Positions 47,245 through 56,812 of a stretch of 64,000 nucleotides of DNA are shown here, one piece after another. Origin of the DNA: Gaiellales bacterium. GTDB lineage: Bacteria > Actinomycetota > Thermoleophilia > BMS3ABIN01. The position numbers were made by a program, and so were the translations under genes. Location of the stretch: assembly GCA_003599855.1 (NCBI GenBank), contig QZKG01000070.1, positions 5,698 to 69,697 of the forward strand. Direction: 5' to 3'. Numbering within the stretch: the first letter of the stretch is position 1; the number at the start of each line of letters is the position of its first letter. The notes below the pieces were generated by a model that was given only the letters and a program-made list of their open reading frames with translations, did not search any database and had not been told where the DNA came from.

Positions 47245-48642
47245 TTGGACACTTACGTAACGACAGTTGAAAGGGACGGCGTCGATGACGCTGTCGCGGC
47301 GATAATAGCCCGTCATGCGACGCTGCCGCTGGTGGCTGTCCTGCGGGCGCTCATGCAGGAGTACGGTCATTTGAGCGAGGGCGCCCTCAGGGCGCTGGCT
47401 GCCGACCGGCTCGTATCCTTGAGCCGCCTGTATTCGCTGGTGTCGTCGTATGACGACCTGAGGCTCGAGCAGCAGTACGAGGAGGCCCTTCCTGCCGGGA
47501 AGGCAGCGCCCCTCCCCGAGCAGCTGGAGGAGAGCGCCAGCGGGGCGACGGGACTGTTGCAGGGCGGTCCCATCACCGCCAGGTTCGAGGCGCCCGCCCG
47601 CAGTCTCGAAGAATACCGGGCCGCCGGCGGGATGAAAGCCTGGAAGCGGGCGCGGGACCTGGGTTCCAGCAAGCTCTTCTCGGAGATAGTGCTCGGCCCC
47701 ATCACTCGTCAGCCGGATGCCTGGCAGAGGGTCGCCAGCGCCGGCGGCGATGCCGTCATCGTCGCCAACTGCCATGGCGGCGACCCGCTGGCCCGCCAGG
47801 AAGACCTGCTCCTTGAGAGGGACCCCTACTCCATCGTCGAGGGCGTCATGGTGGCCGGCCAGGCCATCAGCGCCAGCCGGGGCTTCATCTACACGAGGCC
47901 CCTGCCCGGGCAGGAGGTCGAGCGCCTTCAGGCCATCGTCGCGGAGATGACGGCCCTGGCTGATTCAGGAATAGCCATCGAGGTGATCGCCGGGCCCGCG
48001 AGCCTGGTGGCGGCGGAGAGCTCGGTGGTCGTGGCGGTGATCGACGGCCTGCGACCGGTGCCGAACGTGAGCGACTTCTCCGCCAGGGGCATCTGGGGGA
48101 GGCCCACCCTGGTGGACACGGGTGAGTGCTTCGCGGCGATCGCTGCGGTCATCGGTGGCGAGGAGGAGGTAAACACGCGCCTCTACCAGTTGACCGGAGC
48201 TGTCGAGCGTGCCGGCATCATCGAGGCCGAGGCGTCGTCGAGCGTGCGCGACCTGATGGAGATCGCCGGGGCGCGCCCGGGGGCGGAAGCGCTGGTGGGC
48301 GGCCTCTCCGGACGTTTTCTTACCGAGGGCGAGGTCGACCAGGAGATGCTGCACCTGAAGCCGGCGATCGGACCGCGCTGGCGGCTGATCCATGTGCTCG
48401 AGGACCCCCGCGACATCTACCCCATGGCGGTGCAGACAGCCGCCTACAACGCCGCCAGCCTGTGCGGCGCCTGTGTGCCCTGCCGCATCGGTTCGGTGCG
48501 CATGGCGGAGATGATCCCGGAATACCTGGTGGATTTCGACAAGCTCGAAGAACTGGCGCGCACGCTGGAACTGACAGGCCTCTGCCTGACCGGCCGCGGC
48601 GCAGCGGCCATGATATCTTCCGCGCTGAGGTACGTCTCCTGA
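47245..48642 (+). CDS. Degenerate NuoE(N-terminal)/NuoF-like fusion protein
   Basis: NuoE-like QEYGHLS...YSLVSSY. NuoF-like DPYSIVEG, GIWGRPT and CGACVPCRIG...LC. FMN/NADH motifs are eroded. Confidence 0.7.
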   Translation: MDTYVTTVERDGVDDAVAAIIARHATLPLVAVLRALMQEYGHLSEGALRALAADRLVSLSRLYSLVSSYDDLRLEQQYEEALPAGKAAPLPEQLEESASGATGLLQGGPITARFEAPARSLEEYRAAGGMKAWKRARDLGSSKLFSEIVLGPITRQPDAWQRVASAGGDAVIVANCHGGDPLARQEDLLLERDPYSIVEGVMVAGQAISASRGFIYTRPLPGQEVERLQAIVAEMTALADSGIAIEVIAGPASLVAAESSVVVAVIDGLRPVPNVSDFSARGIWGRPTLVDTGECFAAIAAVIGGEEEVNTRLYQLTGAVERAGIIEAEASSSVRDLMEIAGARPGAEALVGGLSGRFLTEGEVDQEMLHLKPAIGPRWRLIHVLEDPRDIYPMAVQTAAYNAASLCGACVPCRIGSVRMAEMIPEYLVDFDKLEELARTLELTGLCLTGRGAAAMISSALRYVS

Positions 48643-48726
48643 AACGGGGCGGCCTCTTGAAAGATACCGGCCCGGCGTAACGCGGGCCAGCAGTCACTGG
48701 ACAACACTACAGACATCGAGGAGGCC

Positions 48727-49572
48727 ATGTACAAGATACTCGAAAAAGAAGACTACTCGGATGACACATACATGCAGGTCATCGAGGCTCCCGCCGTGGC
48801 GCAGAGCTGCCAGGCGGGGCAGTTCGTCATCCTCAGGCTGCACGAGGAGGGGGAGCGGATCCCGCTCACCATCGCTGACTTTGACCGCGAGAAGGGCACC
48901 ATCACCATCGTGGTCCAGGCGGTGGGCAAGACCACCCGCGAGCTGCAGACCTACGGCAAGGGCGACAGCATCGCCAACTTCATCGGCCCCCTGGGTGAGC
49001 CCAGCGAGATCGAGAAGGTGGGCACGGTCATCTGCGCCGGCGGCGGCGTGGGCGTGGCGCCGATCTTCCCCATCGCCCGCGAGCTCAAGAACGCCGGCAA
49101 CAAGGTGATCTCCATCGTGGCGGCGCGCACCGAGAGCCTGCTGCTATGGGAGGACAAGATGCGCGAGGTCAGTGACGAGGTCATCGTCACCACCGACGAC
49201 GGCACCTGCGGCCGCCAGTGCCTGGTGACCGACCCGCTCAAGGAGATGTGCGAGGCCGGCGGCATCGACCTCGTGTACGCCATCGGACCAGCCATCATGA
49301 TGAAATTCTGCTGCAAGACGACGGAGCCGTTCGGCGTCAAGACCATCGTCAGCCTCAACTCGATAATGGTGGACGGCACCGGGATGTGCGGCGCCTGCCG
49401 CGTCAGCGTCGGCGGCGAGACCAAGTTCGTCTGCGTCGACGGGCCGGAGTTCGACGGCCATGAGGTGGATTTCGACCTGCTGATGTCGCGCCAGCGGCAG
49501 TACCTGGAGCAGGAGAAGATCGCGTACGACTATTACTTGGAATGCCGGGGTGATAAAGCATGTCTGACGTAG
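48727..49572 (+). CDS. nfnA: Electron-bifurcating transhydrogenase small subunit NfnA
   Basis: GERIPLTIAD, GGGVGVAP, MVDGTGMCGACRV and CVDGPEF. Confidence 0.92.
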   Translation: MYKILEKEDYSDDTYMQVIEAPAVAQSCQAGQFVILRLHEEGERIPLTIADFDREKGTITIVVQAVGKTTRELQTYGKGDSIANFIGPLGEPSEIEKVGTVICAGGGVGVAPIFPIARELKNAGNKVISIVAARTESLLLWEDKMREVSDEVIVTTDDGTCGRQCLVTDPLKEMCEAGGIDLVYAIGPAIMMKFCCKTTEPFGVKTIVSLNSIMVDGTGMCGACRVSVGGETKFVCVDGPEFDGHEVDFDLLMSRQRQYLEQEKIAYDYYLECRGDKACLT

Positions 49573-51056
49573 AGAAAAATGAGGAAAAAACCGAGGGAGG
49601 CCTGACGCGCAAGGAGCGCATGAAGATACCGCGCACGCCCATCCCCGAGCAGGACGCCAAAGAGCGGGCGAAGAACTTCGACGAGGTCGCCCTGGGCTAC
49701 AGCGCCGACCAGGCGCAGATGGAGGCCCAGCGCTGCCTGCAGTGCAAGAACCCCAAGTGCATCGCCGGCTGCCCGGTGGGGATCGACATCCCCGCCTTCA
49801 TCAAGGCGATCGAAGAGGGCGACCCCGCTGCCGCCATCGCCAAGCTCAAGGAGACCACCAGCTTCCCGGCCGTCTGCGGCCGCGTCTGCCCGCAGGAGGA
49901 GCAGTGCGAGCTGGTCTGCATCGTCGGCAAGAAGAACGACCCGGTGGCCATCGGCCGCCTGGAGCGCTACGCCGCCGACTGGGAGGCTGAGCAGGGGACG
50001 TCCAGCAAGCCCGAGATAGCTGCCAGCAAGGGCAAGAAGGTCGGCGTCGTCGGCTCCGGGCCCGCGGGCGTCACCTGCGCCGGCGAGCTGGCCAAGATGG
50101 GTTACGAGGTCGTCATCTACGAGGCCCTGCACAAGCCGGGCGGCGTGCTGACCTACGGCATCCCCGAGTTCCGCCTGCCCAAGGCGATAGTCTTCCGCGA
50201 GTGCGAGTACGTGGAGAGCCTGGGCGTCGAGATCAAGACCGATTACGTCATCGGCAAGACCATGACCGTCAACGACATGCTGGCCAACGGCCATGACGCC
50301 GTCTTCATCGCCAACGGCGCCGGCCTGCCGGTGTTCATGAACATCCCCGGAGAAAACCTGAACGGCGTCTTCTCCGCCAACGAGTTCCTGACCCGCGCGA
50401 ACCTGATGAAGTCCTACAGGTTCCCCGAGTTCGACACTCCCATCAAGGTCGGCAAGAAGGTAGCCGTTGTGGGCGGCGGCAACGTCGCCATGGATGCGGC
50501 GCGCACCGCCCTGAGGCTGGGCGCCGACGTGCACCTCATCTACCGCCGTTCCCGAGAGGAGATGCCCGCCCGTGCCGAGGAGATCCACCATGCCGAGGAG
50601 GAGGGCATCCAGTTCCACCTGCTCACCAACCCGACGCAGATCATCGGCGACAACGAGGGCTGGGTCGAGGAGATCGAGTGCATCCAGATGGAGCTGGGCG
50701 AGCCCGACGATTCCGGGCGGAGGCGTCCGGTGGCGGTGGCCGGCTCCGAGTACCGCATACCCATCGACGTGGTCATCATGTCTATCGGCACCGGTTCGAA
50801 CCCGATCCTGACCCAGGCTACCCCCGAGCTGGAGCTCAACAAGTGGGGCAACATCGTGGCCGACGAGGAGACCGGCGCCACCAGCATGGAGGGCGTGTTC
50901 GCCGGCGGTGACATCGTTACCGGCGCGGCCACGGTCATCCTCGCCATGGGCGCGGGCAAGATCGGCGCGCGCTCGATCGACCGTTACCTGCAGGGGCTGC
51001 CGCTCAAGCCGGAGCCGGAAGCCGCTGAAGCGGAAGTGGAAGAGACCACAGCCTGA
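49560..51056 (+). CDS. nfnB: Electron-bifurcating transhydrogenase large subunit NfnB (GltD-like)
   Basis: RCLQCKNPKCIAGCP, CGRVCPQEEQC, GSGPAG, GGGNVAMD and YRR. Overlaps nfnA. Confidence 0.92.
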   Translation: MSDVEKNEEKTEGGLTRKERMKIPRTPIPEQDAKERAKNFDEVALGYSADQAQMEAQRCLQCKNPKCIAGCPVGIDIPAFIKAIEEGDPAAAIAKLKETTSFPAVCGRVCPQEEQCELVCIVGKKNDPVAIGRLERYAADWEAEQGTSSKPEIAASKGKKVGVVGSGPAGVTCAGELAKMGYEVVIYEALHKPGGVLTYGIPEFRLPKAIVFRECEYVESLGVEIKTDYVIGKTMTVNDMLANGHDAVFIANGAGLPVFMNIPGENLNGVFSANEFLTRANLMKSYRFPEFDTPIKVGKKVAVVGGGNVAMDAARTALRLGADVHLIYRRSREEMPARAEEIHHAEEEGIQFHLLTNPTQIIGDNEGWVEEIECIQMELGEPDDSGRRRPVAVAGSEYRIPIDVVIMSIGTGSNPILTQATPELELNKWGNIVADEETGATSMEGVFAGGDIVTGAATVILAMGAGKIGARSIDRYLQGLPLKPEPEAAEAEVEETTA

Positions 51057-51077
51057 CAATCAAAAGAGAAGGGGCAG

Positions 51078-54000
51078 ATGGAAGCGACAACGAGGAAAAG
51101 ACTGGAAGCGGTGAACCTTACCATAAACGGTGAGGCGGTGCGCGCGCTGGCCGGCCAGAGCATCATGCAGGCCGCGCTGGACGCCGGGATCCGCATCCCC
51201 AACCTGTGCAGCGACGGACGTATCGAGCCGGTGGGCTCCTGCCGCCTCTGCATCGTCGAGATCGACGGCGTCAAGGGGTTCCAGACTTCCTGTTCGACTC
51301 CCGTCGCCGAGGGCCAGGTGGTCCAGACGGATACAGAGCCGCTCCGTGACGCCCGCAGGTTGATCCTGGAGCTGATGCTCTCGGACCATAACGCCTACTG
51401 CCTGCCGCCCTGCCAGAGCGGCTGCCCCGACAACCTTGACATCCCGGGTTACGTCGGCGCCATCGCCGACGACAACCCGCGGGAGTCCGTGCGCATCATC
51501 AAGCAGCGGCTGCCGTTCCCCCGCATCCTGGGCCGGGTCTGCCCACGCCCCTGCGAGGACGTCTGCCGCCGCGGCGAGAACGACCAGCCGATCTCCATCT
51601 GTTCCATTAAGCGCTTTGCTGGCGATGCCGCCGCGGAGATGGGCTTCTCCGACCTGCCGTTCCCGCAGGCAGAGCCTACGGGCAAGCGCATCGCGGTGGT
51701 CGGTTCCGGCCCGGCCGGGCTCACCGCTGCCTATTACCTTGCGCTCAAGGGGCATGCGGTTACCATACTCGAATCGCTGCCGGAGCCGGGGGGCATGCTG
51801 CGCTACGCCATCCCGGCCTTCCGCCTGCCCACCGATGTCCTCAACGAGGAGCTGGAAGAGCTCTGGTCGCTGGGGGTCGAGCTCAAGACCAACACGGCCA
51901 TGGGCGAGGACTTCGACATCGACGACCTGCTGGAAGAAGGGTATGACGCTGTCTTTTTGGGCCTGGGCGCTCATGGCGACCACCAGATGATGATCCCGGG
52001 CGAGGAGCTCGACGGGGTAGTCTCATCGGTGGATTTCCTGCGCCGCGTGCGCGCCGGCGAGAAGGTGGACGTGGGCAAGCGGGTGGTGGTGGTGGGTGGC
52101 GGCTTCACGGCCATCGACGCTGCCAGGACCGCGGTGCGCCTGGGCGCTGAAGAATCGACTATCGTCTACCGCCGCGGTCGCGATGAGATGCCGGCCCACG
52201 AATCAGAGGTGGAGGAGGCTGAGGCGGAAGGGGTGCGGCTGCAGCTTTTGGCCATCCCTGAGAAGATTGAGGGTTCCGGCGGCAGGGCCACCGGCCTTAC
52301 CAGCCTGAAGGCCGAGCTGGTCCGGTCGGAGAAGGGCGGCCGGCCGCGGCCGACGGCGATCAAGGGCTCGGAGTTCACCATCGAGGCGGACACCATCATC
52401 GTCGCCATCGGACAGAAGCCCAAGCTCTGTTACGAGGAGGAGGGCCGGCGCGTCCTGTTCCTGCCCGAGAGGGAGGGTGTGAGAACGACGAAGTGGGGCA
52501 CCATCGAGGCTGATCCGGACACGCTGCAGACAGCGCGTCCGCAGGTATTCGCCGGAGGCGACGTAGTTTCCGGCGCGGCGACCGTGATCGAGGCGGTGGC
52601 CGCGGGCCGCAAGGCCGCGAGCACCATGGACGCTTACCTGAAGGGAGAGGATGTCGTCCGGGCGGCTGCCAGGCTCCAGGAAGAGCAGCCGGTCTTCCTC
52701 GACATCAAGCAGGAGCCGGTGGAGAAGGCTTCGCGCCAGCCCATGCCGGTGCTCTGCATCGAGAACTGTTGTGACGATTTCACCGAGGTCGAGCTGGGGT
52801 ACGCCCACGACAAGGCGATCCTGGAGTCATCGCGCTGCATGCAGTGCGTCTGCCAGGCTGAGGCTAGTTGCGCCCTCAGAAGCCTGGGCATAGAGTACGG
52901 CGTCACCGAGAACCGCTTCGAGGGCCGCATGCACCCGGTGCCGGCGCTCGACGACTCCAACCCGGTCATCTCGCGCCAGTACGAAAAATGCATCGTCTGC
53001 GGCGCCTGCGCCAGCATCTGCGACCAGCTTCCTGCCGCCCAGGCGGTGGAACTGTGCGGCACCGGCATGGACACACACGTCGAGGGCGCCTTCAACCGTG
53101 GCCTGGAGGAGACTACCTGCGTCTTCTGCGGGCATTGCGTCGACACCTGCCCTACGGGGGCGCTGGACAACAGGATGAGCATGGATCTCAGGACCCTGCC
53201 GCTGCGCGCCGGCCCGGAGGGGCCGCAGGAAGTACGCCGGGTGAACACCGTCTGTTGCTACTGCGGCGTCGGCTGCTCCCTGACCCTGCACGTCGCCGAC
53301 GGCCGGGTGATAGAGGTTTCCGCAGACGATCACAGCGGCACCAACCTGGGCATGCTCTGCGTCAAGGGACGCTACGGTTTCGATTTCATCCATCACCCTG
53401 ACAGGCTGACGCAGCCGCTCGTCCGCCGCGACGGCGAGCTGGTGCCGGCATCATGGGATGAGGCGCTCAAGGAGGTGAGCGGCGCTCTCCTGCGCATCCG
53501 CGAGGAATACGGCTCCGAGGCTCTGGGCACCATGGCTTCCGGCCGCTGCACCAATGAGGACGACTACCTGATGCAGAAGTTCGCGCGGACGGTCTTCGGC
53601 AACAACAACGTCGACCATTGCGCCCGATTATGACACGCTCCTTCGGTCGCCGGTCTGGCGGCAGCGTTCGGAAGCGGTGCGATGACCAACTCGGTGGGGG
53701 ATCTCACCGAGGCTGACGTCATCCTCCTGATAGGCTCCAACACCACGACGGCCCATCCGGTGATCGCCATGCAGCTCAACCAGGCCCTGAGGCGCGGCAT
53801 GAAGCTGATCGTGGTGGACCCGCGCAGGACTACCCTGGCGCGCAAGGCGGACATCCACCTGCAGATACGCGGCGGCACCGATATCGCCCTGCTCAAGGGG
53901 CTGGCGCGCGTGGTCGCCGACGAGAACCTCCAGGATGACGGCTTCATCCGCGACCGTACCGAGGATTACGAGGAGATGCTGGCCGGGCTCGGCGAGATGA

Positions 54001-55259
54001 CGGTGGAGGAGTACGCCGCCACCTGCGGCGTCGACCCCGAGGATCTGGCCGCGGCGGCGCGGCTCTATGCCGGTTCGGATCACGGCGCCATCGCCTACTG
54101 TCTCGGGGTAACCCAGCATTCCCACGGTACTGACAACGTACGCTGCATCGCCAACCTGGCCATGATGACAGGACACATCGGCCGCCCCGGCACCGGCGTT
54201 AACCCCCTGAGGGGCGCCAACAACGTCCAGGGCTGCTGCGACATGGGCGGCCTGGTGAACGTGCTGCCGGGTTACCAGCCGGTGGAGTCGGACGAGGCCC
54301 GCGCCCGCTACGAGGAGGCCTGGGGCGTCGAGCTCAGTCCCGTGGTCGGCAAGACGCTCACCGAGATGATCGACGCCGCCAACGAGGGCAGTCTCAAGGC
54401 CATGTACATCATGGGCGAGAACCCGATGATGTCCGACCCCGACGGCAACCACGTCCGCTCTGGACTGGAGAACCTGGAGTTCCTGGTGGCGCAGGACATC
54501 TTCCTCACCGAGACGGCCCAGCTGGCCGACGTCGTGCTGCCCGGCGCCACTTTCGCCGAGAAGGACGGCACCTTCACCAATACCGAGAGGCGCGTCCAGC
54601 GCGTGCGCCAGGCCATCGAGCCGTTGGGTGAAGCGCGGCCGGACTGGATGATACTGCGCGACGTCGCCAACCTCATGGGGGCACGCTGGGACTACGACAG
54701 CCCGAAAGACATCATGGATGAGGTCAACAGCCTGGTGCCCCAGTACGGCGGCGCCAGCTACGAACGCCTGGAGGCATGCGGCCTGCAGTGGCCCTGCCCC
54801 GACGCCGACCACCCCGGCACGAGGATCCTCCACATGGAGAACTTCATCTGCGGCAAGGGCAAGATGAAGGATGTCAGCTTCCGCGAAGCGGATGAGCTTC
54901 CCGACGAGGAGTACCCCTTCGTCTTCAACACGGGCAGGCACCTGATGCACTTCCACACCGGCAGCATGTCCAGGCGCTCACGCGGCCTCGACGCGCTGGA
55001 CCCGGAGCCGCTGGTGGACCTCAACCCCGAGGACGCCCGGCGCCTGGGGGTAGCCGAGGGTGAGCTGATCAGGGTCACCAGCAGGCGAGGTGAGATCACG
55101 GCCAAGGCGATGCTTACCGTGCGCACCGCTCCCGGGACGGCGTTCCTGCCCTTCCACTACGTCGAGGCGGCCGCCAACCTGCTGACTAATTCGGCTCGGG
55201 ACCCAGTCTGCAAGATACCTGAATTGAAGGTATGCGCGGTGCGGATAGAGAAAGTCTGA
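51078..55259 (+). CDS. fdhF: Selenocysteine-containing formate dehydrogenase alpha subunit fused to 2Fe-2S, NfnB/GltD-like and 4Fe-4S modules (1393 aa, Sec852)
   Basis: ORFs 51078-53633 and 53682-55259 are in frame. Reads DHCARL-UGA-HAPSVAGL at the Sec position. Also CCYCGVGC and RGANNVQG. A SECIS follows. Confidence 0.93.
53631..53666 (+). promoter_or_regulatory. UGA Sec codon and bacterial SECIS hairpin
   Basis: UGA at 53631-53633. Stem GUCGCC (53646-51) / GGCGGC (53657-62) with loop GGUCU, 12 nt after the UGA, resembling the fdhF SECIS. Confidence 0.85.
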
Positions 55260-55297
55260 TGACAGGTCGCGCACGCGCGCGGCCACGGTCTTGAAAA

Positions 55298-56593
55298 ATG
55301 GATACCCGGAGCGAATTGTCCCCAGAAGAGGCAGGTCCGGCAGCGAGGACCGATCTGCTCAGGCGCGCTGCGCTGGCGTTGCTGATGGCTGTGGTGTTCG
55401 TGGCCGTCATCTACCCCGAGACCTTCATCACCAGCTTCCCCCTGATCGGCAGCGAATGGACCAGCCCGATGACGCTGCTGATGGCCCCCGTCATCCTGGT
55501 GACCGCGGCCATCGTCTGGCGTGAGCGGGGCCGGATCGGTTTCGCTCCCGCGGACGCCCTGCTCTTGCTGTTCTTCGCATATGTCCTGGCCAGGAACGTA
55601 TCCGGGCTCCCTCTGTTCACGGTCAAGTACGTGGTATATGGCGTCGCCCTCTACTACCTGGCCGCCGCGCTATCCGCGCGGGTTCGCGACCTGCGGCGGA
55701 TCCTGGTGTTCGTATCGCTCCTGGTCGCAGTGACGGCGGTCTACGGGCTCGCTGAGTACGCGGCGCAGGCAAATTTCCTTTACCGTGACGTGATCTCGGT
55801 GATCGTGCCTAAAAACGCCACCCACCGCGTCAGCTCCTTCCTGGCCCATCCGGTGGTGTTCGCCGCCTTCATAGTGCAGGCGCTGCCGTTCACTTTCCTG
55901 CTCTGGGTCAGGGGCTGGAACCGCTGGGCCGCCCTGGCGGGCGCCGCCTCTTCGCTCATGGCCGTCGCCTGCCTCTTCCTGACGTCATCCAAGGGGAGCT
56001 GGATCACGGCTTTCGCGGCAGGGGTGGTGGTTGCCGTGTATTTCATCAGGACGCGGGGCAAGAAGAGCATGTTCATCATGCTGGCAGTGTTCCTGCTTGC
56101 GGCGCTGACCGCCGGCATGTACCTGAGCCGCTCCTCCCTGGACGAGATCTTCCGCACCAGCACCAGCGTCGACGTGCGTGTCGCCAGCTGGGAGGCCGCG
56201 GTCAAGGGCATCAAAGAGAACCCGGTTTTCGGGGTCGGCCTCAAGCAGGGGGAAGAGGAGGTCGTCGAGCAGCTCCCTGACTGGTGGAAGAAGCTGACCG
56301 GATTCGAGCCGCCGGTGGATAATTATTACCTCAACGTCGTCCTTGAAGAGGGGATCGTCGGCGGCGCCCTCTGGCTGGCGCTGATGGTGATGATCCTTTA
56401 TGGAGGCTACCGGGCCGTGGGGCTCAACAGGGAAGGGCGCTTCATTTTCGTGGCGGCCTACCTGAGCATCATCGTGCTGGCGCTCAACATGCTCACCTTC
56501 GATGCCCTCCTGATAGCCCCCAACCGCGTCCTCTTCTGGGTGGCGGCCGGCATCCTGCGGGCTACATATCCTTACGACGCCCGGACCGGCTGA
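55298..56593 (+). CDS. O-antigen ligase/Wzy_C family membrane protein
   Basis: RVSSFLAHP, LTSSKGSWI, ENPVFGVG and VDNYYL with multiple TM helices. Confidence 0.8.
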   Translation: MDTRSELSPEEAGPAARTDLLRRAALALLMAVVFVAVIYPETFITSFPLIGSEWTSPMTLLMAPVILVTAAIVWRERGRIGFAPADALLLLFFAYVLARNVSGLPLFTVKYVVYGVALYYLAAALSARVRDLRRILVFVSLLVAVTAVYGLAEYAAQANFLYRDVISVIVPKNATHRVSSFLAHPVVFAAFIVQALPFTFLLWVRGWNRWAALAGAASSLMAVACLFLTSSKGSWITAFAAGVVVAVYFIRTRGKKSMFIMLAVFLLAALTAGMYLSRSSLDEIFRTSTSVDVRVASWEAAVKGIKENPVFGVGLKQGEEEVVEQLPDWWKKLTGFEPPVDNYYLNVVLEEGIVGGALWLALMVMILYGGYRAVGLNREGRFIFVAAYLSIIVLALNMLTFDALLIAPNRVLFWVAAGILRATYPYDARTG

Positions 56594-56812
56594 ACCCCGG
56601 CAAAGCAGGTAGTGAACGGCAAGGGCGTATTGTTAACTAAGTTAATCATATTGTTGAAAATATTTGATACCTGATGTATAAAGAAAAAGCGCGGTGAGGA
56701 GTGAATCAGGCTTGGTTGCAGGGTGGTTTGCGCCCATGCCAGGTCAGCCCCCGTAACTGCTAGCGCCGCGAATGACACTAGATGCCCGTGTCACACCACC
56801 AGGGAATTGATT

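Noticed and set aside
49560..51056. Glutamate synthase small subunit (gltD)
   Set aside because: There is no gltB, and the gene overlaps an nfnA-type gene, the diagnostic NfnAB arrangement.
30103..51059. Very long antisense ORFs (e.g. 30103-32103, 36860-38740, 38737-40893, 44822-46165, 49533-51059; also 21019-22668)
   Set aside because: They mirror well-supported genes with extreme GC3 bias, which removes antisense stops. The translations carry no recognisable motifs.
53631..53633. Nonsense mutation/pseudogene in fdh
   Set aside because: The UGA is exactly at the Sec ligand position and is followed by a SECIS.
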